In this document: positions 25,137-36,914 of the stretch, piece after piece
Numbering within the stretch: position 1 is the stretch's first letter
How the letters are laid out: every line of letters begins with the position of its first letter
NCBI GenBank assembly: GCA_964501605.1
Contig: CAZCTB010000065.1
Location: 1-55,948 of the forward strand
Origin: an uncultured Candidatus Peribacteria bacterium
GTDB taxonomy: Bacteria; Patescibacteriota; Gracilibacteria; Absconditabacterales; Absconditicoccaceae
Direction of reading: 5' to 3'
DNA length: 55,948 nucleotides
Made by a program: the position numbers and the translations under genes
Notes under the pieces: generated by a model
What the model saw: the letters and a program-made list of their open reading frames with translations, nothing else
What the model was told of the DNA's origin: nothing
Databases searched by the model: none

Positions 25137-28100
25137 TTAGTCTAAATTAATATTAATAACTTTGCATTTTCAACTATCTACATCATCTTTTATTTTTTTA
25201 TATTTTATTGAATATTTCATTTTACCATCATCGTATTTCACTGTTACTTTATCATTTGGCCTAATTTTTGTTTTTTCATTTATTTTTTCTATTTTTCATC
25301 TTTCATTATTCACTTTTCACTGATTATCATCTATTTCAAAAACCTCAAATCCATCTTCATCTTCAAAAATCATCTCTCTTTTGTCTCTTGTTTTGTTTTT
25401 ATTATGTTCTGATTCAGCTAGTTTCACCATTTCCTTTAAATTTCAACTTACTTTAGATAATTTTGATAAAAACTCTTTATCTCATTTTTTTTGGTTTTCC
25501 ATTATTAATTTTACTGCTTCGTCTTGTTTTTTAATTGACTCAAAATCAACATTTAATATATAAGATGTAGAATCATGCTTAAAGTTGTATATAAGGTTTT
25601 GAAACTTTTCAAAAGACTCTTTTTTATACACAACCAATGGGTCTTGTTGTGCATATCACATAAATCCAACCTTATCTCTCAAATATTGCATATCATCAAT
25701 ATGTTTTACCCAAAGTTTATCTATATGATAAAGTAATACATCTTTAAATATTTGATACAATCTTTCATCATCTATTTTTTTGAATCAACTCTCAATATGT
25801 TTTTTTAGGTTACTTATTATTTTAGATTCTAAATCACTTAAACCAATTCATTCCCATTCGTCAGCAGTTTTTTTGTCTAATTTAATATTGAATTCTTTTA
25901 CAAAAGTTTCCAAAAATTGAACGTTATTTTGTTTAAGACGCTTTGCTTCCAATATTTTAGTTTCTATTATCATAGAAATGTTGTTTATAAAATCTTCTTT
26001 TGTTTCTTTTATAAAAGTTCTTTTTAGTTCTTCATCTAACTCACTTCCAAGTATTTGATCTCTTTTTTTATATATTCTTTGTCTTTGTTTGTCAATTACA
26101 CTATCATAATCAAACAAGTGTTTTCTTATTCCAAAATGTCGAGCCTCTAGTTGTTTTTGAGCTCTTTCTATTGAGTTAGTAAATTGTTTTTGAGTTAATT
26201 CTAAATTTTCTAAATCTTCATTTTTCATCAACATAGATGCCATGCCCATTATTTTTTCTCATCACATTTTTCTCATTATTAAGTCATCTAATGCCACATA
26301 GAATACTGATTTACCAGGATCTCATTGTCTTCAAGATCTACCTCTAAGCTGATTATCTATTCTTCTTGAATCATGTTTTTCTGTACCCAAAACAAATAAT
26401 CCATACTGTATATTTTTACTTATAGTTGGTACATTTATTCATTCAACATTTTTAAAATATACCTTAGCAAATACCTCTGTATTTTTTTTTCTTTTTTGGT
26501 AAAAATTTATAGTAAATTTCATTTTATTTAACTTTACTCGTCATTTTTCTGCTTTTCTTATTGTTTCTTCATTTAGCTTAAATTCTTTTTCTAGTGCATC
26601 CATAGTCAATTCAAATTCTTTATCAGAATATATTTTAAATTCTATATTCCAACTTCATATATTTTTCTTAACTCGTTTTATATAGTTTTCAGAAAGTTTT
26701 TCATTTAGTCCATTTTCTAACTTTATATCAGTACCTCTTCATGCCATATTTGTAGCTACTACTACAGATTTGAATTTACCTCAATTTCATACAATACTAG
26801 CTTCTTGTTCATGAAATTTAGCATTCAAAACATAGTGATTTATGCTGTCTTTTTCTAATACCTTACTAAGGTATTCACTAGTAGAAATATTAGATGTACC
26901 AATTAACATTGGTTGTCCTATTTCATGATAGAATTTAATATCTTCTTTTACAAATTTCCATTTTGCATTTTGATTAAAATAAACTTTATCATGTCGATCT
27001 ACCCTTATTATTGGTTTATTTGTAGGAATTTCCAATGTATCTAATTCGTATATTTTATTAAATTCTTCTCATTCAGTGATTGCGGTACCAGTCATACCTG
27101 CTAGCTTTTTAAATTGTTTGAAAAAGTTTTGATATGTTATAGTTGCCATTGTTTGAGACTCCCTCTTTATTTCTACACCCTCTTTTGCTTCTATGGCCTG
27201 ATGTAATCATTCACTAAATCTTCTTCCTTGCATTGTTCTACCTGTATGTTCATCCACTATCAAAACCTCTCCATCTTTTACGATATATTCTTTATCTTTT
27301 TCATATACAGCTCTAGCTCTAAGTGCATTTTCTATATGATGAATTTCTTCATATCATACATCTTTATATAAATTTTCTACACCAAGCATTTTTTCTAATT
27401 TATTTATTCATTCTCCGCTTAATGATACAGTTTTAGTTTTTTCATCTATATAATAGTCTCCATCTTCAATATTTTCTTTTTTTGCTTCCTCATTTAAAAG
27501 TTCATATAATAAACCTTTACTTATTTTTTTCTTTTCTTTACAAGGTTTTAATGTTTGAACTATTTTTGAATAATGTAAGTATTTTTCTGTTGGTTCTTCT
27601 CTAGCTTCAGAAATAATTAGGGGAGTTCTAGCCTCATCTATCAATATAGAGTCTATTTCATCTACTATAGCATAATTTAATGGCCTTCGTGTTAAAACTC
27701 TTTTATCTATATTTTTTACCAAATTATCTCTCAAATAATCAAATCATAATTCACTATTTTCTACATAAGTAATATCTTTTTCATATTCTCATTTTCTATT
27801 TTGTACTGGTACGCCCTTTACTACACAACCGACACTTAATCCAAGTCGATCATACAGATGTCACATCCATTCAGCATCACGAGATGCTAAGTAGTCGTTT
27901 ACTGTTACTACATGTACTCCCTTACCTGATAATGCATTTAAATATACTGGTAGAGTAGCAACTAAAGTTTTACCTTCTCATGTTTTCATTTCTGCTATTT
28001 TACCTTGATGCAAAATTATTCATCATATTAATTGGACATCATAAGGTATCATATTCCATTCTAATTTATCTCACTTTACTTCGTATGTTTTTCCAGACAT

Positions 28101-28334
28101 TCTTTTACATGCTTGTTTTACTATAGCAAAAGCTTCTGGTAATATACCATTTAAAGTTTCTCACTTTTCTTGAATTCTTTTTTTAAATTCTTTAGTTTTT
28201 TCTTTTATTTTATCATCAGAAAGTTTATCATAATTTTTATAAAAATGATTAATTTCTCTTACAGTTATTTCTAGTTTTGCAATCTCTTTGGCAGTATAAT
28301 CTCCACCAAAAACTTTTTGAATTCGTTCTAACAT
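25137..28334 (-). CDS. secA: Preprotein translocase ATPase SecA
   Basis: [101 protein letters not shown] and [13 protein letters not shown]. 1066 codons; I checked the C-terminal 240 codons triplet by triplet. Confidence 0.93.
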
Positions 28335-28552
28335 TACAATATTTAAATTAATACTTAAAATATATTTTTTACAATATTTTCTTATAAGAAAATAAGAAAA
28401 TAAAGCAAGAAATAAAAATCAAATATATAACAACAAAAGCTTATTATATAGGATTTAATGTTGTTATTTCAATTTGCTTTTCTATCAAACATTGTTATAT
28501 AAAAGTATGATGAATGTTTTGTTGAAAATTTAAATATTGTATACTCAAATAA

Positions 28553-29071
28553 ATGAAAAGATTAAAAACAAACGCTATGATATTTGTGGTAGCAGTACTA
28601 TTGTCTATAGTGCTTTTTTATACAAGTAAAAATCCGGATCTATTTTCTGCAAGTATTCTTTCATTGCAAGATGCAGAAACTATCAAAGCAAAAAGCCGAG
28701 ATGTATGATACAAAAACGAATGAAATATATTAGATACATTTTTGTCAGACAAACTTCAAAATATCAGTAATATAACTTTTTCAATTATATATGATCAAGA
28801 CAACACGAATTTAAAGTTAGAAAAATTTGATTGCCAAACAAATTATGAAATATTATCAAGTGAAGAAGGTTCAATTGTAATTAAATTTACAAATTTTTCT
28901 GGTATAGATTATGATTATCAGCAAAGCTTGTTTGAACTACCTTTCAACTGACAGATGTCTAAGGTTTTGATTAGTGAAGGTATGGCAAATTTATTCAATT
29001 GAGAAAATAAAAATTTATCAATTTGATTATTAAATAGTGATGATGTAGATTATCACCAAACTTTTAATTAA
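28553..29071 (+). CDS. Hypothetical secreted or membrane-anchored protein (172 aa)
   Basis: N-terminal hydrophobic anchor (AMIFVVAVLLSIVLF). ORF piece 28742 is in frame. Confidence 0.55.
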
Positions 29072-29084
29072 GAAATATTAAAAA

Positions 29085-30701
29085 ATGAAAAAGCTTTACC
29101 CAAGGTTTTTATTAAGATTATCTTTGTTTTTTGCTTTATTTATTTGATTCACATTTGCAGAAGACCCAGATGCTTTTTTGGTTCAAGTAGAACCAAGTAG
29201 TTTTGGTGTTTCTGAATCTATAGATGTTACAATTAGCGCAGTTAAGAGTTGAATAATAGTAAAGGATTATATATGAGATGTATTTATAGAAGTAGAATGA
29301 TTAATGCCAGATGATTATGTTGTACCTAGTGATGGCTTGTATTCTTTTCTTATACAAGATCAATGAATAAAGTTATTTTCAAAATGATTAGAAATAAAAA
29401 AACCTGGTACATACAATCTTAAAGTATCAGATATTATAGATGAAACAGTTATGTGAGAGACTACGGTTATCGTTGGTAACGCATGATGAAACTCAAATTT
29501 AAAAGAAGTTGATATAACATCACCAACTGATGGTAGCACAGAAAGGAGTTCTGCAACCAATATTATTTGATCTAGTTCAAATTTACCAAATTCTCCAGTA
29601 GAAATATATTTGAACAACGAATCAGTAGCTAATTGACACACCGATTCTCAATGAAATTTTAATGTTTATATTCAGTGATTACAAGAATGACAAAATCAAA
29701 TACAAGCTAAAATTACAGATATCAGTGATATTGTTTTGTGAGAATCTGATGTTATTGTTTTAAATTATGAATCATTTTCCGATGGTATATACAATTCAAT
29801 AGAAATTTTACCATCCAATAATATAAAACAGTGAGACAAGGTCTCCTTCAACATTTATACTTCAGAAGAAGTTACTTCTTGAGAGTTGGAGTTTAGCGAC
29901 AATCAAAAATTTCCTTTAGATAGATTGTCTCCTTGAGTATTTAATAAAGATGTGGTTTTGACTTCACAGGGTAGTATAGATATTTCTTTGTCTCTTGTTG
30001 TTGATGGTAATAGTGAATATTATGAAGATGTAGCAAATATATTTGTTCAACAAAATGATTCCATATCAAATATTAGATTCCACTCTGTATGAGTAGATGG
30101 TACTTCTGTAAATGTTTCTTGGGATCCTATTTGAGATGCTCCAAAATATAGAATATCTTATGGTACAGATAGAAATAGTTTACAAAAAACTGTAGATGTA
30201 AACTCTACACAAGTTTTAGTAGAAAATATACAATCAAACACTGTTTACTATTTTCAGATATTACCACTAGATGAATGACTTCATGCTTCTTGAGAGCCAT
30301 CAGAAGTGGTTGAATATAACCCAAAAGAAGTTTATTCTTCTTGTGTTGTGAAATGAATTATAGTTACATCAGAAAAAATAGGAGATAAATATTATCTCAC
30401 GCGAGATGATGTTGAAAATGTTACAAAATATGAAGTATACAAATCAGAGCGAGAAGATATGTCTGATATGAAAAAAGTATGAGAGACAACAGAAACTAGG
30501 TTTGAATATAATTTTAATAAATATGCTGAAAGTGATCAATATGCTTATTATCAAGTTGAGGCTATATGTTCAGATTGATCAAGTGTAACAATAGATGAGG
30601 CAAAAGAAGTTAAAGTATGACCATTTGAAAATACTTTATTAGTTATAATTATAGCTTTTTTCTTTTATAGTATATATAGGCTTTACAAAACAGCAGATTA
30701 A
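29085..30701 (+). CDS. Cell-surface protein with Ig-like and fibronectin type III-like repeats and a C-terminal TM anchor
   Basis: Signal peptide (LSLFFALFIGFTFA), beta-rich repeats, two FN3-like units (SVNVSWDPIGDAPKYRISYG; YYLT-[CGA]-DDVENVTKYEVYKSE), and a C-terminal LLVIIIAFFFYSIY. Confidence 0.72.
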
Positions 30702-30738
30702 AAAATTATAAATTTATCTTATAGTATTATTTTTTATT

Positions 30739-33636
30739 ATGAATAAATTCCCTAAAAAATATAATTATCAAAACACAAAATTAATAAAAGAAAATTGAAA
30801 TAAATGGAAAAACATTGATTCTACACTATTTCCAGCTGATAAAAAATTACATCCTGGTTGTATATTTTCTTTGTACTATCAAGATTTGTTTAAAGAACTA
30901 TATAATTTACAAAATAAGTATTTTAATCCAAACTTATCTTTTTGACTTTCTTCAGATTTTTATTCTAAATTAAATAATCCAAATATTAATTTGAAACACA
31001 TTGAATCTCAGGTTTTTGGTCAAATTAAACAAAACAAAAAATTTGTAAATAAGCTTTGACTTTGATTCAACTTAGATTGAGATATGTTCGTTTATTCAGA
31101 AAAATTTAATCGTTATATAAGAAAGGTTTTTGTTGAACTTTATAATAAATGATCTATTTCTCTTAAAAAAGAAACAATTAATCGAAGTAAGGATTATCAA
31201 ACAAACTTATTCAAAAATAATATAAATGTTAAAGAACAAAAAACAAAAGAATATATATTAAAATATTTCATAGATTCAAAAGGACATGCATTAACTGTCC
31301 CCACAACTAATCTAGAAACTATATTTGCAGATGTTTGAGTAGCTGTAAACCCACAAGATAAAAGATACAAGAAATTAATATGACAAAGTGTGATTGTCCC
31401 CATAACAAATAAAATTATACCAATAATTTGAGATGAGAGTATTGATTCATTTAAATGATCTTGAGTTTTTAGAATAACGCCTGGTCATGATCAGTATTGA
31501 TTAGAGCTTGCACAAAAACATAATTTACCCACAAATATATATGCTATAGATGTTCATGGTAAATTTACAAAAAACGCATGAGAATTTGCTTGAAAGTCTG
31601 TGGAAGATTTTTTTGATAATATAGTAAAATACATAGATGATATATGAAATTTAGAGTCTAAAAACAACGTTTTAGTAAAACAAAATTTTGATGTACGTAC
31701 ATGAGAGAAGTTAGATAGTATCACATTGGATCAGCGAAGTATTAATTATTCTTATTCTTTAGATTATCTTTTACAAAAATTTTCAGATCAAAGAATATCT
31801 TGTTTACCATTAGATTCACAAGAAAATATAATATCTTTATTGGAAGAAAAAAAATCAGTAAATATTTCTAATAAGTCCACAAAATGAGTTTTAGTTCCTA
31901 TAGTAAACTCACACAAATGAGAAACTTTCCCAATAAATGACGATATAGTTCTAGATAGATACAAGATTTCAAAAACAAAAAGAACTTTAACTCTAACTTT
32001 GATTATATTAAATTTGATTTTAGACAATCATTTATCTTGCTCTTTTACTATTGAAGAACTAATTGACGCTCTTTTTTCTGTGGATTTATCTTGAAAAAAA
32101 ACAAAAATAGAAAGATATATAGACATATATAAAACTGAATCAAAGATCAAAACAGAATATAAAAAATGATTAAAGGAAATAGAAAAATTGGTGTGAAAAC
32201 TAAAAAAAGATAGTGAAAATATCAAAATAATTTTAGATTTATTAAAAAATTCTTTTGCTATAAAACTTGATTGAAATAATATCTATTTAGATTTTTCATC
32301 TATATTTGCCAAAAGAGATATATTAGAGCTACAAAGAGAGGATGGGTTTAACAAATCATTTATAGATAGTGTGCGATTTTTGTACAAAAATAATTTATCA
32401 AAAGATTTTTGATCTTATGAAAATATAAAAAATAAAAAATGATTATTTTTTACATGATTAGATGAAAAAGATTTTGTTTTAAATACAATGCTTTTATCGT
32501 TGGAATATTCAAAAAATTTATTATTTTCTTCATTGTTTTTTCATCCTATATTGATTGATATAAATCAAAAAAAGATAGTAAATAATAATTCTAGATTTTT
32601 GATAAAAGATTTTTGAGAAAATCTTAGCATATATTGACCAGATGTTATGAGGCTAGTTCTATTATTGTGAGAAAAAGAATTAAATAACACAAAATTTGAT
32701 ACATATACAGCACAACAATATAGCAATTTGTTAAATAAAATTTGGAATGCATATAGGTATGTTTATAAAAAACATATAGAATGAAAAAAAGAAATTAATA
32801 TAAAAAAAATAATAAAAAAAATAAAATTTGATATTACAAGCTATGATCTTCGAATAATACATGATATAAAGACATTAATAGATGATTTTGAATATCAGTT
32901 CTGAGAAAACAAAATTTTACCACTTTGAAAAAAGGTTATTAATTTTATAAAAGAAAATCTTTGTGATAAATATTTAGAATCTACAAAACTATATTCAGAC
33001 AACAACACTCCAGAAGTTATGATGTTGTCATTTGCCATTTTACTAAAGCTTGCAAAACCATATATTCCTTTTTTTATATCTCATTTAGAGTCTATATTGA
33101 AGATAAACCGAGAAGGTTATGATGTTTTTGAATTTAAAAACTTTGAATTAAAAGAAAAAAATTATAAAATAAATTTGTTAATGGATATAGTAGATAAACT
33201 AAAGAACATAAAATTAAAAATCTGATTAAAAAAGCATCAACATATAGACATATTTGTACAGGCTAATCCTGATTTTTTGGATTTTTTAATACAGAATGAA
33301 GATTTATTAAAATCACTTGTTAAAATATGAGATATTAGATGTGTTAGATTACATGAGGATGTACCAAGTTGATATCAAATAGACAATGTGATAAATATAA
33401 ATATATGAGCAAAAAGAATTTCAGAACAAATAGAAATAAAAAAAGATATTTTGTTAGATTTAAAAGAAGAGTATGAAAACAAAAAAGAACATATACAACA
33501 TCTAAAGTCTTTAATGGCATCTATTTCTCAATCAGGTAATGAAGATGCTTTATCTCAAAAGAAAAAAGAGATACAAAACTTACAAAAAGAAATAGATGAT
33601 TTGGATTTTGAAATTAGTAAGCTTAAAGCAAAGTAA
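30739..33636 (+). CDS. Valyl-tRNA synthetase homologue with degenerate HIGH/KMSKS signatures (965 aa)
   Basis: ValRS editing-domain block: [64 protein letters not shown]. DQ-[CGA]-S matches QWF. Has the C-terminal coiled coil typical of ValRS. All triplets scanned, no TAA/TAG. Confidence 0.75.
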
Positions 33637-33658
33637 AAATCATAGTTTTATTTTTATT

Positions 33659-33755
33659 GGTAACGAAGAATCTAGTTCTTTGATATATTATATTTCTATA
33701 TATAATAGATTCTTCGCAGGCCTGTCTATAACGGACTGACAGGTTTAGAATGATA
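33659..33755. repeat. GTCATTCTGAG-family element, divergent full-length copy
   Basis: Core cgaagaatctag...tagattcttcgcagg shared with the 36726 and 9909 copies. The right arm (ttagaatgata) is interrupted by the hairpin cctgtc-tataacggac-tgacagg. Confidence 0.7.
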
Positions 33756-33783
33756 ATTTAATAGTTAAGTTCTTAATATAAAA

Positions 33784-33816
33784 ACCCCACTCTCTTGGAA
33801 TGGGGCCATATTTTTT
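33784..33816. terminator. Bidirectional terminator hairpin
   Basis: CCCCA-ctctcttggaa-TGGGG with T-runs on both strands, between convergent genes. Confidence 0.6.
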
Positions 33817-33848
33817 AGTTTTTGTTGGCTAGATTAATATATTTTTAA

Positions 33849-34748
33849 TTATTCACTAGCTTTTAAATTTTCTATTTCTTCTATAAATTTTTCTGGAGGA
33901 TAAGCACCTGGTATAAGTACAAATTTACCAGTCACTTTATCTATTATTACATTACCTGGAGTACCTGAAACATTAAATAATTGTCTTCCTTCATTAGATT
34001 GACTATTTACTTCTTCAGTGTATCTTCCTTCTTCAATACATTCTTTCATATCTTTTTTATTTAATCAAACTTCATCTGCAATATCTAGTAATGAGTCTAC
34101 GTCTATATTACCTTCGTATGCAAAGGTTTCTTCAATAAGATTGAAATATTCTTTTTTTGTACCCAACTCTCATGCACAAACAATTCATTCTCATAATTTT
34201 GCAGCTGCACCGTGTACAATAAAATTTCTAAAAACAGCATTCACTTCTGTAGGATATTCTTCCAATACTGAATTTATAGTACCTTGATCAGATTGTGTTT
34301 TACAGTAGGGACACAAGAATTCTGAGTATTCTAAAATAGTAAATCTAGCGTTTTCATCACCATGTATTGGTGTTGAGGCTTTTATTTCTTCCAATTTTAC
34401 TATCAAGTCATTATTTTTTTCTCAATCTTCTAACGGTATATCATCATTTTCATTTTCTTCCAATATTTCTACATCTCACAAAGGATCTTGATCTGTGTTT
34501 TCATTCATTTCCATTTCTGCCATATTAATCTGAGCTAATGCTTGATCAATAGCAGCACCTTGTTGTTCTTTGTAAGAATCAGAATTGTAAAGTTCTTTTA
34601 CTAATTCCATATTTTCTACACCACCAACTTTTATTGTTTCCAAATACAAAGCACTATCTTTTTTGAAAAAAGAAAGTAAATTTAGAATCAACATTATCAA
34701 TAATATTGCAATTACTGCAATATAATAGTTTTTTTTGTTTTCTATCAT
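33849..34748 (-). CDS. DsbA-family thiol:disulfide oxidoreductase with N-terminal membrane anchor
   Basis: Three ORF pieces in one frame; both junctions checked and contain TGA only. FTILEYSEFLCPYCKTQ (CxxC), VSGTPGNVII, and the TM helix YYIAVIAILLIMLILNLL. Confidence 0.85.
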
Positions 34749-34778
34749 TTCTTTAAATAATTATTAATTAAAATTTTA

Positions 34779-35147
34779 TTATTGTGCTATAAATTGTTGT
34801 ATAGCAGCAGTTTGTTGTTCCTTATAAACATCTGATTCATAAAGATCCATTACTTTTTCAAAATTTTCTTGTCATCCAACTTTCATTTTTTCTAATTCTA
34901 ATGCAGAACCTTGTTTTGTAAAGTTTAATATACCAAAAACTAGGTTTAACAACAACAATACAACAAAGATAATTGTCATTATAGACATACAATTTTTTCA
35001 TTTTTTTGTTTTTTTTGTTTCTACAATTACATTTTTTTTAGGACTTGTAGTTTTTTTAGTAGCAACACTTTTTGTTGCTGTTTTTTTCTTTGCTACTGGT
35101 TTTTTAGTATTAGTAGCAGTTTTTTTTGTGGTTTTTTTTACTGGCAT
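34779..35147 (-). CDS. Small membrane protein (122 aa) paralogous to the N-terminal module of the DsbA-like gene
   Basis: K/T-rich N-terminus, a TM helix, then LELEKMKVGGQENFEKVMDLYESDVYKEQQTAAIQQFIAQ, compared with YLETIKVGGVENMELVKELYNSDSYKEQQGAAIDQALAQ in the neighbour. Confidence 0.6.
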
Positions 35148-35311
35148 AATGAAATTTTAAAAAATATAAAATTTATTTACATACTAACTTATATAATTAA
35201 CAATTTATATATATAAATCAAACAAATCTTGTTTTATGTATGGTGTTTTTGTTTGACAAAACAAATAAAAACAAACAAACCACTTAGCTAAAATAGATAT
35301 AATTATATAGT

Positions 35312-36640
35312 TTATTTTTTGACAAAAAGTTCACTAAATTTTGTTTTATTATTTTTATACAATCTACTTAAATATCCAGACAATAAACCAAATGGTATAA
35401 AAAATAAATAATTTACCATACTATCCTCAAATACATGTAGAAATAGTCCAATGAATAGTAATAAACTTCGTCACATATATAATCTTTGCCAATGTAATAA
35501 TGCCATTTCTTCTTCTGCAGATCTATTTCATTTGTCAAATTCTAATTTGATATTTTTAAATATTAATAATATTTGAAATATTACTATTGCCCAAATTATA
35601 AATCATACTGTACCAATATCTAACATTATTTGCATAAAATAATTTTCTGGCAACATGTTTCATTCATGATGTATTGCAGGTCATGATGTTCATAATCAAT
35701 GTCATAGTGGGTTGTTTATTATTTCTCAAATATATCATAATTTAGCAGTTACATGTCCTATTGTGGATTCATATTTCAATAAACTCAGTCAGATTATTCA
35801 CAATATTAATCAAACTAATATTCATACAGAAATTTTCTTATTTTTTTTAATTCGATTTTTTGTTAACAATACAAATATCAAAACCATACCAATTATAGCT
35901 GCTCTAGATAGAGTAAGCGCAATTGCAAGTATTCGCAATAATACAAACAAAATATTTAAGTTTTTGAAAGGATTTTTAATTATGTTTGTAATTTTTTTTA
36001 TTCAATTTCATCGCCATAAAAGTATTAATGGTAAAAATGCTACTAATAAATATCCATAATTGTTTGGTCCAGAAAATAATCATTGCCATCTAGTTGTTCA
36101 TTCAAATCCTGTTAGATAGTAAATTGGAGGATTAGCTCCAAAATAAAAATCATCAAATTTTCCATATCCTATGTTCATAAATATTTCTGGTTTTATTATT
36201 TTCATAATTTGCCAAAGAAAACCAAACAATACAATTCATATCAAAAAATACTGAAACCAGTTTATTTGTTTCTTGTTTAGCTTTTTCAATCATACAAATC
36301 ATACAAAACTTGCAGTCAAAAATATTAGCAAATAGAAAAATCAATATTTTATACCTATCATCATGTTGCTAATAGATTGTCATGCTAGCAAAGATATTCA
36401 TAAAGAAAATAGTATTAATACCACAAATCGTATTCGTACATTTTTCCATTTTTTCAAACAATCTTTTACTTTTTTTAAGTTTCATACAAAAGCTGCCAAC
36501 ACAAAAATCAGCCACAACAAATCTCTTATCAAAGATATAATTATTTGTGATTCTCATCAAAGTATTCCATATCACACTACAGTTACGATTATATGATAGA
36601 GTGCTATTAGTCACAAAAATCCTCACAAAAACTTTTGCAT
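35312..36640 (-). CDS. O-antigen ligase / Wzy_C-family polytopic membrane protein
   Basis: GLFSGPNNYGYLLVAFLPLIL, LTLSRAAIIGMVL, GHGLGTSGPA and ENYFMQIMLDIGTVGFI. I scanned all 443 codons and found no TAA/TAG. The ORF-track pieces in this region are off-frame artefacts. Confidence 0.82.
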
Positions 36641-36725
36641 ATAACTTGCTTGAAAAAGATATAAAAACAAATATAACAATTTTATATATACTATGTTATA
36701 ATGTACAGTTTTAAATTGCATCTGT

Positions 36726-36837
36726 GTCATTGCGAGTTGACTGTCATTCTGAGTGGAACGTAGTGGAATCGAAGAATCTAGTGTTTTGATATACTACGTT
36801 TCTATTTGTAATGGATTCTTCGCAGGCTCAGAATGAC
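36726..36837. repeat. GTCATTCTGAG-family palindromic element, full-length copy (MITE-like)
   Basis: gtcattgcgag..gtcattctgagtggaacgtagtggaatcgaagaatctagtg....ggattcttcgcaggctcagaatgac. Terminal inverted repeats lie in a divergent promoter region. Confidence 0.85.
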
Positions 36838-36914
36838 CCTAGCATTGTTGTCTGGTTTTGTACAGCACAGTGACAATTACAATTAGCATATTATTATTCT
36901 CACAAAAAAAAACA

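Noticed and set aside
36153-36626. Two minus-strand ORFs (36153-36344 and 36369-36626) suggesting small Cys-rich proteins.
   Set aside because: Both are out of frame with the 442-aa O-antigen-ligase reading frame, which is continuous, hydrophobic and carries the family motifs.
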